Below are positions 1 to 6,947 of a stretch of DNA of 20,869 nt, one piece after another. The notes below the pieces were generated by a model that worked only from the letters and a program-made list of their open reading frames with translations, did not search any database and was not told where the DNA came from. Within the stretch, counting starts at the first letter, position 1. Each line of letters begins with the position of its first letter. Position numbers and translations under genes: made by a program. Where the stretch lies: sequence record NC_005830.1. One strand, written 5' to 3'.

Positions 1-9
1 CGGGGGGGA
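1..9 (+). repeat. Left inverted terminal repeat CGGGGGGGA
   Basis: Exact reverse complement of 20861-20869 (TCCCCCCCG). Confidence 0.95.
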
Positions 10-262
10 GCATGTGGTTTGCGGTTTGAGGTTCGCACTTGTGATTTTTGTTCAGTTCAGTGTGGTAATTGTTTTTTGTTCTTGTGTGTGTTTTTATCTG
101 TTTGTTTTTGTGTTTTTCTGTTTAGTTCTGTTCTTGTTCTGTTTTTGAATTTATTTCTGGACCTAAAGTGTTTTAATTGTTTTTTGTTCTTGTGTGTGTT
201 TTTATCTGTTCTGTTCAGTTAAGTTCAGTTTTGTTTCTGTTCTGTTTTGTTTTTGAATTTTG
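10..262 (+). repeat. Left subterminal T/G-rich array of short degenerate repeats (TTGTT, CTGTT, CAGTT)
   Basis: Low-complexity sequence that includes a perfect 37-bp direct repeat at 66-102 and 174-210. Confidence 0.9.
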
Positions 263-290
263 GCTAACTGCAGCCGTGATAAAAATTCAA

Positions 291-340
291 GAAAATCCTT
301 TTAAACCTAGAAAGCGGGTATGAAAATGGGGAAAAAAATG
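291..340 (+). promoter_or_regulatory. Early-type BRE-TATA plus GGGG leader cassette (ORF150)
   Basis: GAAAATCCTTTTAAA...AAAATGGGGAAAAAAATG; 47 nt from the first G to the ATG. Confidence 0.75.
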
Positions 341-790
341 AGTGAAGACCTAACTTTTGAAGAAAGGTACCAAAAAGACATAAGAAGAAGAGAGTCATTT
401 TTTTCAGACTTTCACCTAACTGATTACTCAAACTATTTGGGTATGAAAGATACAGATGAACTGCAAACAAAGGGTTATGTGGTATATATTGCAGACGGGT
501 ACATTACAGAATACATATTAAGATATTTTGATAAACAGTATGCAGTAATTGATGATTACCTATATTATGTATTAATCGTTAAGTTTATGGGCGGGTTCAA
601 AGTATTTATATATGAGTACAGTTATGGTAAGTTACTAGAGTCAGATTTGTCTGATTATTCAATATTTGAGAAAAGTATAGCAGACATAAACAGTCTAATT
701 TCAAGTTGTTATCATATTGCCCTATCTTTGTCTCACACATTTTTCAATATTACAGAGTACTACACTAAGTATATCTCTAATTTCAAGTGA
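338..790 (+). CDS. Hypothetical protein, 150 aa (ORF150)
   Basis: The ORF track starts at 320. The ATG at 338 follows the conserved GGGGAAAAAAATG leader. Tyr-rich and acidic. Confidence 0.85.
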   Translation: MSEDLTFEERYQKDIRRRESFFSDFHLTDYSNYLGMKDTDELQTKGYVVYIADGYITEYILRYFDKQYAVIDDYLYYVLIVKFMGGFKVFIYEYSYGKLLESDLSDYSIFEKSIADINSLISSCYHIALSLSHTFFNITEYYTKYISNFK

Positions 791-800
791 TTTTTTTCTT
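791..800 (+). terminator. Archaeal oligo-T terminator
   Basis: T7 run immediately after the ORF150 stop codon. Confidence 0.6.
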
Positions 801-872
801 CTTTCTGTTTGTCTTCTGTTTCTGGTCTGATTCTGTTATTCTGATTGTCTGTTTGTCTGACTTCTGGTAACA

Positions 873-922
873 GAAAGCCTTATATACTGTTTCTTTGTAT
901 ATAAAAATAGGGGAAAAAAATG
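873..922 (+). promoter_or_regulatory. Early-type promoter/leader cassette (ORF190)
   Basis: GAAAGCCTTATATAC...AAAAATAGGGGAAAAAAATG; 47-nt spacing. Confidence 0.75.
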
Positions 923-1492
923 GAAAAGAAAGTAGATAAAAATGAGTTCTTGAATATGGTACTCTTGAAACTAGAAGAAGGTAAGGTTTTTTTAGGTAAA
1001 CATGGGTTAAAAATCAACATAAGTCTAGATAACGTTAGGATAAATAGTGGTTCAGTGTCTATAACAGTAGGAGACATATATCTTAAAGTTGATATGAGAA
1101 ACAGTGAACTTGTGTTAAATGACTTAGAAAATCATGAAGTCTACATTTACAGTTACGCAAACGATGAGGTCAAGATAAGGATTACACAAAATACGTTTTA
1201 CCTGTACATGCAGATAGATGAATTGAAACCAGTAACACAAGAGGTAATGCTGAGAGCAATAGAGGCATTAAGGATACCGTTTAGCAAAAGAGAAGGGCTT
1301 AGAATCGATATTGATTTAACGCAATATCATGAGATTGAGTACACTAGTGAAGATGGATTGCAGTTACGTTATGGTGTTGATGATATACAGATTAAGGACG
1401 ATAAACTTGTAATGAATGGTTTGGCAATAGACATACTAAATAATGACTGGTTTATATCATTTGAGAAAAACGTAATGAGCATGATTTTGTAA
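920..1492 (+). CDS. Hypothetical beta-rich acidic protein, 190 aa
   Basis: Long ORF with the cassette leader and a downstream T-tract. Confidence 0.88.
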   Translation: MEKKVDKNEFLNMVLLKLEEGKVFLGKHGLKINISLDNVRINSGSVSITVGDIYLKVDMRNSELVLNDLENHEVYIYSYANDEVKIRITQNTFYLYMQIDELKPVTQEVMLRAIEALRIPFSKREGLRIDIDLTQYHEIEYTSEDGLQLRYGVDDIQIKDDKLVMNGLAIDILNNDWFISFEKNVMSMIL

Positions 1493-1494
1493 TC

Positions 1495-1502
1495 TTTTTT
1501 TT
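1495..1502 (+). terminator. Oligo-T terminator
   Basis: T8 run just after the ORF190 stop codon. Confidence 0.6.
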
Positions 1503-1613
1503 CTCTGTTCTTCTTTCTTCTGTCCTCATTTGTCTGTTTGTCTGTTTTATTATAAGGGCTGTTATTGTACTAGTTTATCTGATTTATGGGCATAAAAACG
1601 GGGAAAAATATGG

Positions 1614-1667
1614 GAAAAGTTTTTATACTTTCTCTGACTAACTGATAAACAGGGGTAGAGAAAAGTG
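1614..1667 (+). promoter_or_regulatory. Early-type promoter (ORF99 operon)
   Basis: GAAAAGTTTTTATAC...AAACAGGGGTAGAGAAAAGTG. Confidence 0.65.
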
Positions 1668-1964
1668 GACACACATGAGTTTCATAAATTGTTGATAAAG
1701 GTGGTTGATTTGTTTTTAGAAGACAGGATAAAAGAATTTGAGTTGAAGCTGAACACAACACTTGACGAATTAGAGTTTGAAGAGTTAATCGGAAAGCCTG
1801 ACAGTTCAAATTCAGCAGAAAATAACGGTATTTTTATTGATGAGTATAGCTATGATGCTAGTGAGAATGCTATTAAAAAATTGTTTGTTGAGTATGTGAG
1901 ACAGCCTGAGTTCAAATATACAGTCTTATCTATTAAAGGTGTAAACGATTGGGTGAGAGAGTGA
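1665..1964 (+). CDS. ORF99, conserved acidic protein of unknown function (rudivirus/lipothrixvirus family)
   Basis: GTG start; sequence matches my recollection of AFV1-99. Confidence 0.85.
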   Translation: MDTHEFHKLLIKVVDLFLEDRIKEFELKLNTTLDELEFEELIGKPDSSNSAENNGIFIDEYSYDASENAIKKLFVEYVRQPEFKYTVLSIKGVNDWVRE

Positions 1965-2167
1965 GAATAAAACTATATGTACCGTATCAAGATATCAGAG
2001 ATAACTGTAAAAGAAGAACTGACTTCTACTCTGACTTTGAGATAAGTGTAGATGACATACAGTACATTAGTTTCAGTGAACTGATAAGATTGGTAAAAGC
2101 AAATCCAGAGTACATAGAACAGTTAAAGAAAGTGCTAACAGAATGGGACAAAGGTGAGAGTGGATGA
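1961..2167 (+). CDS. Hypothetical protein, about 68-72 aa
   Basis: The GTG at 1961 overlaps the ORF99 stop and follows a GGTGA SD at 1952-1956. An alternative TTG start lies at 1949. Confidence 0.75.
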   Translation: MRIKLYVPYQDIRDNCKRRTDFYSDFEISVDDIQYISFSELIRLVKANPEYIEQLKKVLTEWDKGESG

Positions 2168-2637
2168 GTGAAATGAGTGTGGTTGAATATGAAGTAGTTT
2201 CAAAGAACCTTACTAGTAAGATGAGTCATGAGTTACTGTTTTCAGTCAAAAAGAGGTGGTTTGTAAAGCCGTTTAGGCATGACAGACAATTAGGCAAACT
2301 ACATTACAAACTGTTACCAGGCAATTACATCAAATTCGGTCTATACGTATTAAAAAACCAGGATTATGCGAGGTTTGAGATTGCATGGGTACATGTAGAC
2401 AAAGACGGAAAGATAGAAGAAAGAACAGTGTACAGCATTGAGACATATTGGCATATCTTCATTGACATTGAAAATGACTTAAATTGCCCTTACGTTTTAG
2501 CGAAATTTATTGAAATGCGTCCTGAATTTCACAAGACTGCATGGGTTGAGGAGAGTAATTACAGTATTGCAGAAGACGATATACAGATGGTAGAGAGTAT
2601 CAAGCGATATCTGGAGAGAAAGATAGCAAGTGATTGA
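2164..2637 (+). CDS. ORF157, viral nuclease (AFV1 ORF157 family)
   Basis: ATGA-coupled to the upstream gene. The nuclease call rests on recalled literature for AFV1 ORF157, not on a motif. Confidence 0.75.
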   Translation: MSEMSVVEYEVVSKNLTSKMSHELLFSVKKRWFVKPFRHDRQLGKLHYKLLPGNYIKFGLYVLKNQDYARFEIAWVHVDKDGKIEERTVYSIETYWHIFIDIENDLNCPYVLAKFIEMRPEFHKTAWVEESNYSIAEDDIQMVESIKRYLERKIASD

Positions 2638-2809
2638 GGTTTCTAGTATGGAAAGGGTCTATCAGTGTCTAAGATGCGGGCTAACATTTAGAACTAAGAA
2701 ACAGTTAATCAGACATCTGGTAAACACTGAAAAAGTAAACCCGCTATCAATCGATTACTATTATCAGTCTTTCTCTGTCTCTCTGAAAGATGTAAACAAG
2801 ATTATCTGA
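2630..2809 (+). CDS. 59-aa zinc-finger DNA-binding protein (AFV1p06-like; C-x2-C-x12-H-x4-E)
   Basis: Manual translation: MIEVSSMERVYQCLRCGLTFRTKKQLIRHLVNTEKVNPLSIDYYYQSFSVSLKDVNKII. Absent from the supplied ORF track. Confidence 0.9.
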   Translation: MIEVSSMERVYQCLRCGLTFRTKKQLIRHLVNTEKVNPLSIDYYYQSFSVSLKDVNKII

Positions 2810-2814
2810 ATATC

Positions 2815-2820
2815 TTTTTT
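2815..2820 (+). terminator. Oligo-T terminator
   Basis: T6 run plus pyrimidine tract after the zinc-finger gene. Confidence 0.5.
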
Positions 2821-2850
2821 CTCTCTGTTTCTCCTTCTGGTCTGATAACA

Positions 2851-2899
2851 GAAAACTTTTTTAAGCCTGACGCGGTATTATTTAATGGTGAAAAAAATG
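2851..2899 (+). promoter_or_regulatory. Early-type promoter/leader cassette (ORF95 operon)
   Basis: GAAAACTTTTTTAAG...GGTGAAAAAAATG; 46-nt spacing. Confidence 0.7.
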
Positions 2900-3184
2900 G
2901 GAAATGAAACGGGAAAGGAAACAAGTGGAAAAGAACAAGATAAAGTGAAAGATGTGATAATACGGTTAGTAGAAGAAGACGGTAGAATAGCAGTCTATCT
3001 GGTACAAGGACTGAATACAGAATTTCTAGGATACGCTGATGAGATACAATTGGCTAAAGAAATTGCAAAGTTGAACAAGTTCATAAGCATATGGAGACTG
3101 AATCCCTTAGACCACAGATTAAGGGATTACTTAAGACAAGAGATTATAGAGAGACTGGTAAGAGTCATGGCATACATGATGTGA
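2897..3184 (+). CDS. Hypothetical protein, 95 aa; paralog of the 75-aa ORF at 20314-20541
   Basis: The ATG at 2897 follows a GGTGA SD (the track starts at 2885). Three blocks of similarity to ORF75. Confidence 0.85.
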   Translation: MGNETGKETSGKEQDKVKDVIIRLVEEDGRIAVYLVQGLNTEFLGYADEIQLAKEIAKLNKFISIWRLNPLDHRLRDYLRQEIIERLVRVMAYMM

Positions 3185-3188
3185 GAGT

Positions 3189-3368
3189 ATGAGGAAAGTT
3201 GCATTTAAAGTGAATGAAGACTTGTTAGAACTGCTAGACAAGTATGCTATAAAACACGGATTGAGTAGAAGTGAAGTAATCAGAGAGGCAATAAAAAACA
3301 TGGTGAAGGAAGAGTTAGAGAAAGACAGTATAATAGTGGCAAGAGTGGAAAAAATTAGGATATGGTGA
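3189..3368 (+). CDS. Ribbon-helix-helix (CopG-like) regulator, 59 aa
   Basis: [39 protein letters not shown]... shows the RHH pattern. Not in the ORF track. Confidence 0.88.
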   Translation: MRKVAFKVNEDLLELLDKYAIKHGLSRSEVIREAIKNMVKEELEKDSIIVARVEKIRIW

Positions 3369-3373
3369 TTCTA

Positions 3374-3607
3374 ATGGAAAGAATGCTACTGAAAAAACTG
3401 TATGCCTTGGACGATATACAAGTTGGTATATTCGAGGTAGAGAGCAAAATACAGTACTATATTGCAGTGCTAATAGACGGCTTAAACTTTGAGGTTTGGG
3501 GAAAGGGGAAAACCCCATATGAGGCGATTATTAACGCTTCAGAAAAGTGGAGCAATAGTTTCGGGGGCTTCAACCCCTTCCGTGAAGCTCTGCGTTTGAG
3601 GTGGTAA
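3374..3607 (+). CDS. 77-aa protein with a HicB-like N-terminal-domain motif
   Basis: The ATG follows a GGTGA SD at 3364-3368. [14 protein letters not shown] resembles the HicB-like G-x-T-x-x-E-A-x-x-N-A motif. Confidence 0.7.
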   Translation: MERMLLKKLYALDDIQVGIFEVESKIQYYIAVLIDGLNFEVWGKGKTPYEAIINASEKWSNSFGGFNPFREALRLRW

Positions 3608-3608
3608 T

Positions 3609-3755
3609 GTGAGAGTTGTAACATTTAAGGCAGAAGAAGAACTGTTAGCATTACTGGACAGATATGCAATGAACAAAGGGCTGTACAGGAGTGAAGTAAT
3701 CAGAGAGGCAATAATAGAATTTCTTAGCGTTAGGGGGTACAAAGTTAATGGCTAA
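3609..3755 (+). CDS. Second RHH regulator, 48 aa
   Basis: GTG start; [48 protein letters not shown]. Not in the ORF track. Confidence 0.85.
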   Translation: MRVVTFKAEEELLALLDRYAMNKGLYRSEVIREAIIEFLSVRGYKVNG

Positions 3756-4248
3756 TTTTTTCAGGACTGCAAAGGCGTTAATCATAATACCAGATGACAT
3801 ACCAGGTCGTCTGGTTATCTTCAAGCTTCACGGTAGGCTAGTCTATAGATATCAGACTATCAGACGTATAATCACCAAAACAGGAAGAGAGGCTTACGTA
3901 TATAGGTTTGCTAGACTACCATGTACAAAAAAGCCGAATGAACCAGATTTTCAGATATGTATAATATCAGAGTTAGAATACTGTGAGCCAGAAATAGGCG
4001 GTAGAAGAAACAAACATCCGTTGTCTTTCAGATACACAAGTTGTCAGCCATTCTATCTTAAGGATTATGATAGTCTGGACAGTCTGTACAAGGCAATGGA
4101 CAGTACTCTTGATTCCTTAATCATAGAGTATAGTGACTTTATATCAGGTTTTGGCGAGAGTGTTGAAGACCTAGCACATGAATCAACGCAAATAAATGTA
4201 TGCAATCTACTAACTGATGAAGAGGAGATAAGTCATGACTATTGTTAA
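3748..4248 (+). CDS. Hypothetical protein, 166 aa (basic N-terminal half, acidic C-terminal half)
   Basis: Overlaps both neighbouring genes in the operon. Confidence 0.85.
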   Translation: MANFFRTAKALIIIPDDIPGRLVIFKLHGRLVYRYQTIRRIITKTGREAYVYRFARLPCTKKPNEPDFQICIISELEYCEPEIGGRRNKHPLSFRYTSCQPFYLKDYDSLDSLYKAMDSTLDSLIIEYSDFISGFGESVEDLAHESTQINVCNLLTDEEEISHDYC

Positions 4249-4669
4249 TATTCTTCGTGTTGATATTGACCAACCGTTTGATTATCTGGACAAGCAGTTT
4301 TACGGGAATCTGACACTCAGAAAGTTACTAGTCTGGAGAATATTCTATGTAAGTAAAGTCTTCAGTCAGCATGTAGAAAGTCTGGAGTTCAGAAAGTCAT
4401 TGAGTGGAAATATTCATGTTCTTGTTACTATCAATCCAGGCATACAGAGAACACTAGTACCGTTAGCTCAGTTTCTCATGGGTGATGATATAATGAGGAC
4501 TTTCATGAACTTGAAGAGGAAAGGAAAGGGAAACTATTTGTTCAGTTACGGTAATACAGATGCTGACAGATTTTTAGCGGAAAGGCAAATTGCAAGGAAA
4601 CAGAAAGCTTTAAATAGGAAAAAAAGTAAAACTAAAAACGGGGAAAAAAATGGGGAAGGAAAAAGTTGA
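4235..4669 (+). CDS. ORF144, putative minimal AEP-superfamily (primase-like) protein
   Basis: ORF is solid. The function is inferred from LRVDID (D10, D12), SLSGNIH (H61) and GDD-x2-R motifs. Confidence 0.55.
   Translation: MTIVNILRVDIDQPFDYLDKQFYGNLTLRKLLVWRIFYVSKVFSQHVESLEFRKSLSGNIHVLVTINPGIQRTLVPLAQFLMGDDIMRTFMNLKRKGKGNYLFSYGNTDADRFLAERQIARKQKALNRKKSKTKNGEKNGEGKS
4603..4652 (+). promoter_or_regulatory. Early-type promoter/leader cassette embedded in the 3' end of ORF144
   Basis: GAAAGCTTTAAATA...AAAAACGGGGAAAAAAATG; 47-nt spacing. Confidence 0.75.
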
Positions 4670-4997
4670 AGAGAAAAAGGAAAATAAGTCAGGTGTAAAG
4701 GAAAAAATCCAAAACTGGATAGCAGACGCAAAGAAAAGAGGTACGTGGCAAACACTGTTACTGAAGCAGATAGGAAACACAAGGCTAAACGTAGCAGTAA
4801 CGCCAGACGGAAGTGCATTATTGAAGATATTCATAAACAGACCGCAAAACGGTATCATATTCAGTTTAAACGAGTTAGAAGACATAAAGAAGGCAATAGA
4901 AATAGCAGAGAGCATAAAATCTGAGTTAGAGTCTATTCCAGAGTTTAAGAACGCCAAAGTTAGCCTAAAGACTCAGAAAGGTGTGCTAGATGAGTAA
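4650..4997 (+). CDS. ORF115, putative ssDNA-binding protein (PC4/ThermoDBP-like)
   Basis: Beta strands followed by NGIIFSLNELEDIKKAI, located next to ORF135. Confidence 0.5.
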   Translation: MGKEKVEEKKENKSGVKEKIQNWIADAKKRGTWQTLLLKQIGNTRLNVAVTPDGSALLKIFINRPQNGIIFSLNELEDIKKAIEIAESIKSELESIPEFKNAKVSLKTQKGVLDE

Positions 4998-5397
4998 GTT
5001 TGCACAGAAAATTGAAAAATTAAAGAAGTCATTGCTAAACAGATTAGAAGAACAGGATATAGTGTCTGTTGATGTAGCTAGTAAAGGTTCAGTGTACATA
5101 GGTTTACTAGGATTCAGGCAGGACGATAGAAAAGCAGTTACCCTGTATGTTAGAGGACAGAATCCGAAAAAGAAACTTTACGTCAATCTCGATGAAGTGG
5201 ACAACTATATCAGAGTATTTGAGTTCTTAAAGAAGCACAAAGAGGAACTTGAAAAGATAGTAGGCAAACCGCCAAAATCGACTTCTGCACCAGACATTGA
5301 TGAACTAGAAGAGGAGCCAGATGAAGAAACGGAAGAGAAGTCAGAAGAAAAGACAGAGAAGAAAAAGAAAGAATCAGAAGACGAAGATGAGCTATGA
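4990..5397 (+). CDS. ORF135, putative ssDNA-binding protein with an acidic C-terminal tail (SIRV2 gp17-like)
   Basis: Compact N-terminal domain plus E/D/K-rich tail, directly upstream of the ATPase as in the rudivirus gp17-18-19 cluster. Confidence 0.6.
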   Translation: MSKFAQKIEKLKKSLLNRLEEQDIVSVDVASKGSVYIGLLGFRQDDRKAVTLYVRGQNPKKKLYVNLDEVDNYIRVFEFLKKHKEELEKIVGKPPKSTSAPDIDELEEEPDEETEEKSEEKTEKKKKESEDEDEL

Positions 5398-6674
5398 CAT
5401 TCGTTGAAGATTTTTTGTCAAGTTACACTTTTTCTTACAACCCTAGAAACTTAGAGACCCTGTTACTAGGTTTGGGCATTAAAGATACAGAAGGGGCAAA
5501 AAGAGCGATAAGGTTAGGGTCTGACCCAAAGTATTTCCAGGTGTATATGATGTACAATGACAAAGCCAAACTGATAACTAGGATAATGCAGTTCAATGCA
5601 GACAAATATGGTATGAAACTTACGTTTCAGAACGGTCTCTCTGTTAAGCTATCGCCGAAAGTCCTAGCGGAATCAGTAGATGACTTCTTTGACATGTTAG
5701 ACCAATGGTTCATAGTGTCAGTAGAAAAGGATGAGATTGGTGTTTTGGTGAAGTCAGTAAAACCAGTGAAACCTAAGACTGATGTGGATATAGATGAAGA
5801 CTTCTTGAAGAAAGTAGAAGCTGAAGTACCACTGTACATCTTTCTGATAGCGTCTTTTGGGTATAAGATACCAGACAAGACAACATATAACGTGTACAGA
5901 GACTATATACTAGGTCGATTCATACATTTGTTCAGACCGAGTAGTAATATTCCGTTACATATAGCAGAGTTGAGCAATAGAGGAACTGGAAAGACTACAA
6001 CTTTTCTCATTATGAGGGACTTTCTAGGATACTATTATACTACAGAACCACCTACATTGCCGTTTCTGGTCTATGATTCAAAGACTAAACAGCAGGGGAT
6101 TGTAGCAACAAAGAACGGGATAATTTTCGATGAAGTCCAAGACTGGTCTGGAGATAGAGTAAAGGCTATTCTGTCAGTATTAGACACAGGTATGGAGAAC
6201 TGTACATGGAACCGTTCGGTATCTGGAAGTAGTGAGACTATTAACAGGTGTATTCCAATAGTGTTCTTAGGCAATGAAAACTATATTAGCATAGACTTCT
6301 ACCAGGCACCGAGTAATTTACAGCAATATATAGCAGAAAAGTCATCAATGCTAGAAGAAGTACTGCTAAACAAGTATCCAGATATCTTTCCTACCAAAGC
6401 GTTCTTGGACAGGTTTGCCAGAATTGCAGTAGGCAATAATTTCCCTTCATTTACAGAGACTATAACGGGCAAAGTACTGTTCCCTACCATTCTGAGAAAG
6501 TTAATCAGAGAATTACAGAAACGTATAGACAGAGAGTCACCGTTAAACAATGACTATGAAGGAAGGACAAGAAGGAGAGTAGAAGATGTAGGACAAGTGC
6601 TAAAGGGGTTAGGGGTAGACTTAGATAAACCAGAACTAGTATACGCGTGGACAAGGTTTGTAGGGGTGCAGTGA
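5394..6674 (+). CDS. ORF426, AAA+ ATPase of BrxL/Lon-like (MCM-clade) type; probable SIRV2 gp18-like annealing ATPase
   Basis: Walker A SNRGTGKTT, T-x-P-x-L-VYD segment, Walker B GIIFDEVQ, arginine-finger-like FLDRF. Confidence 0.8.
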   Translation: MTFVEDFLSSYTFSYNPRNLETLLLGLGIKDTEGAKRAIRLGSDPKYFQVYMMYNDKAKLITRIMQFNADKYGMKLTFQNGLSVKLSPKVLAESVDDFFDMLDQWFIVSVEKDEIGVLVKSVKPVKPKTDVDIDEDFLKKVEAEVPLYIFLIASFGYKIPDKTTYNVYRDYILGRFIHLFRPSSNIPLHIAELSNRGTGKTTTFLIMRDFLGYYYTTEPPTLPFLVYDSKTKQQGIVATKNGIIFDEVQDWSGDRVKAILSVLDTGMENCTWNRSVSGSSETINRCIPIVFLGNENYISIDFYQAPSNLQQYIAEKSSMLEEVLLNKYPDIFPTKAFLDRFARIAVGNNFPSFTETITGKVLFPTILRKLIRELQKRIDRESPLNNDYEGRTRRRVEDVGQVLKGLGVDLDKPELVYAWTRFVGVQ

Positions 6675-6725
6675 CAAAATGTTTTTATATCCCGAAAAAT
6701 AGATAAGATTTGGTGAGAGAAAGTG
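6674..6725 (+). promoter_or_regulatory. Early-type promoter (ORF74-Cas4-ORF65)
   Basis: GTTTTTATATCC at 6681-6692 is identical to the core at 20582-20571 (- strand). GGTGA SD at 6712-6716. Confidence 0.6.
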
Positions 6726-6947
6726 GAGAAAGCAGAAAAATACGTAAAAATCGGGATAGACGGATACACATACAATCTGTTCAAGTCAGAGAAAGACAAA
6801 TGGAGAAAGAAGACGGGAAGGGTTCTAGATAACAGTGATATACTGCTAATCTTAGTGCAGAGGAGCAGAGCATTGGAATGTCTGGAGAATGATAAGAGCA
6901 AAACGGTGGAAGAATGCAAGAAGGAAACAGCTTTACAGAATTACTGA
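6723..6947 (+). CDS. Hypothetical basic protein, 74 aa
   Basis: GTG start with SD, lying between the ATPase and the Cas4-like gene. Confidence 0.75.

Noticed and set aside
19-222. 67-aa ORF at the left end (and 20663-20854 on the minus strand at the right end)
   Set aside because: Both are translations of low-complexity terminal repeats (F/V/L/C-rich) with no SD or promoter.
920-1492. Internal duplication in ORF190 (GLKINISL vs GLRIDIDL)
   Set aside because: A single 8-aa match between beta strands is too weak to support by eye.
4235-4669. ORF144 as an HUH rolling-circle Rep
   Set aside because: It has only one His in NIHVL (no H-U-H) and no Y-x-x-K motif; the AEP-like reading fits better.
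5394-6674. ORF426 as a Lon protease or sign of a BREX system
   Set aside because: No Ser-Lys protease domain is visible and no other brx genes are present; only the ATPase core matches.
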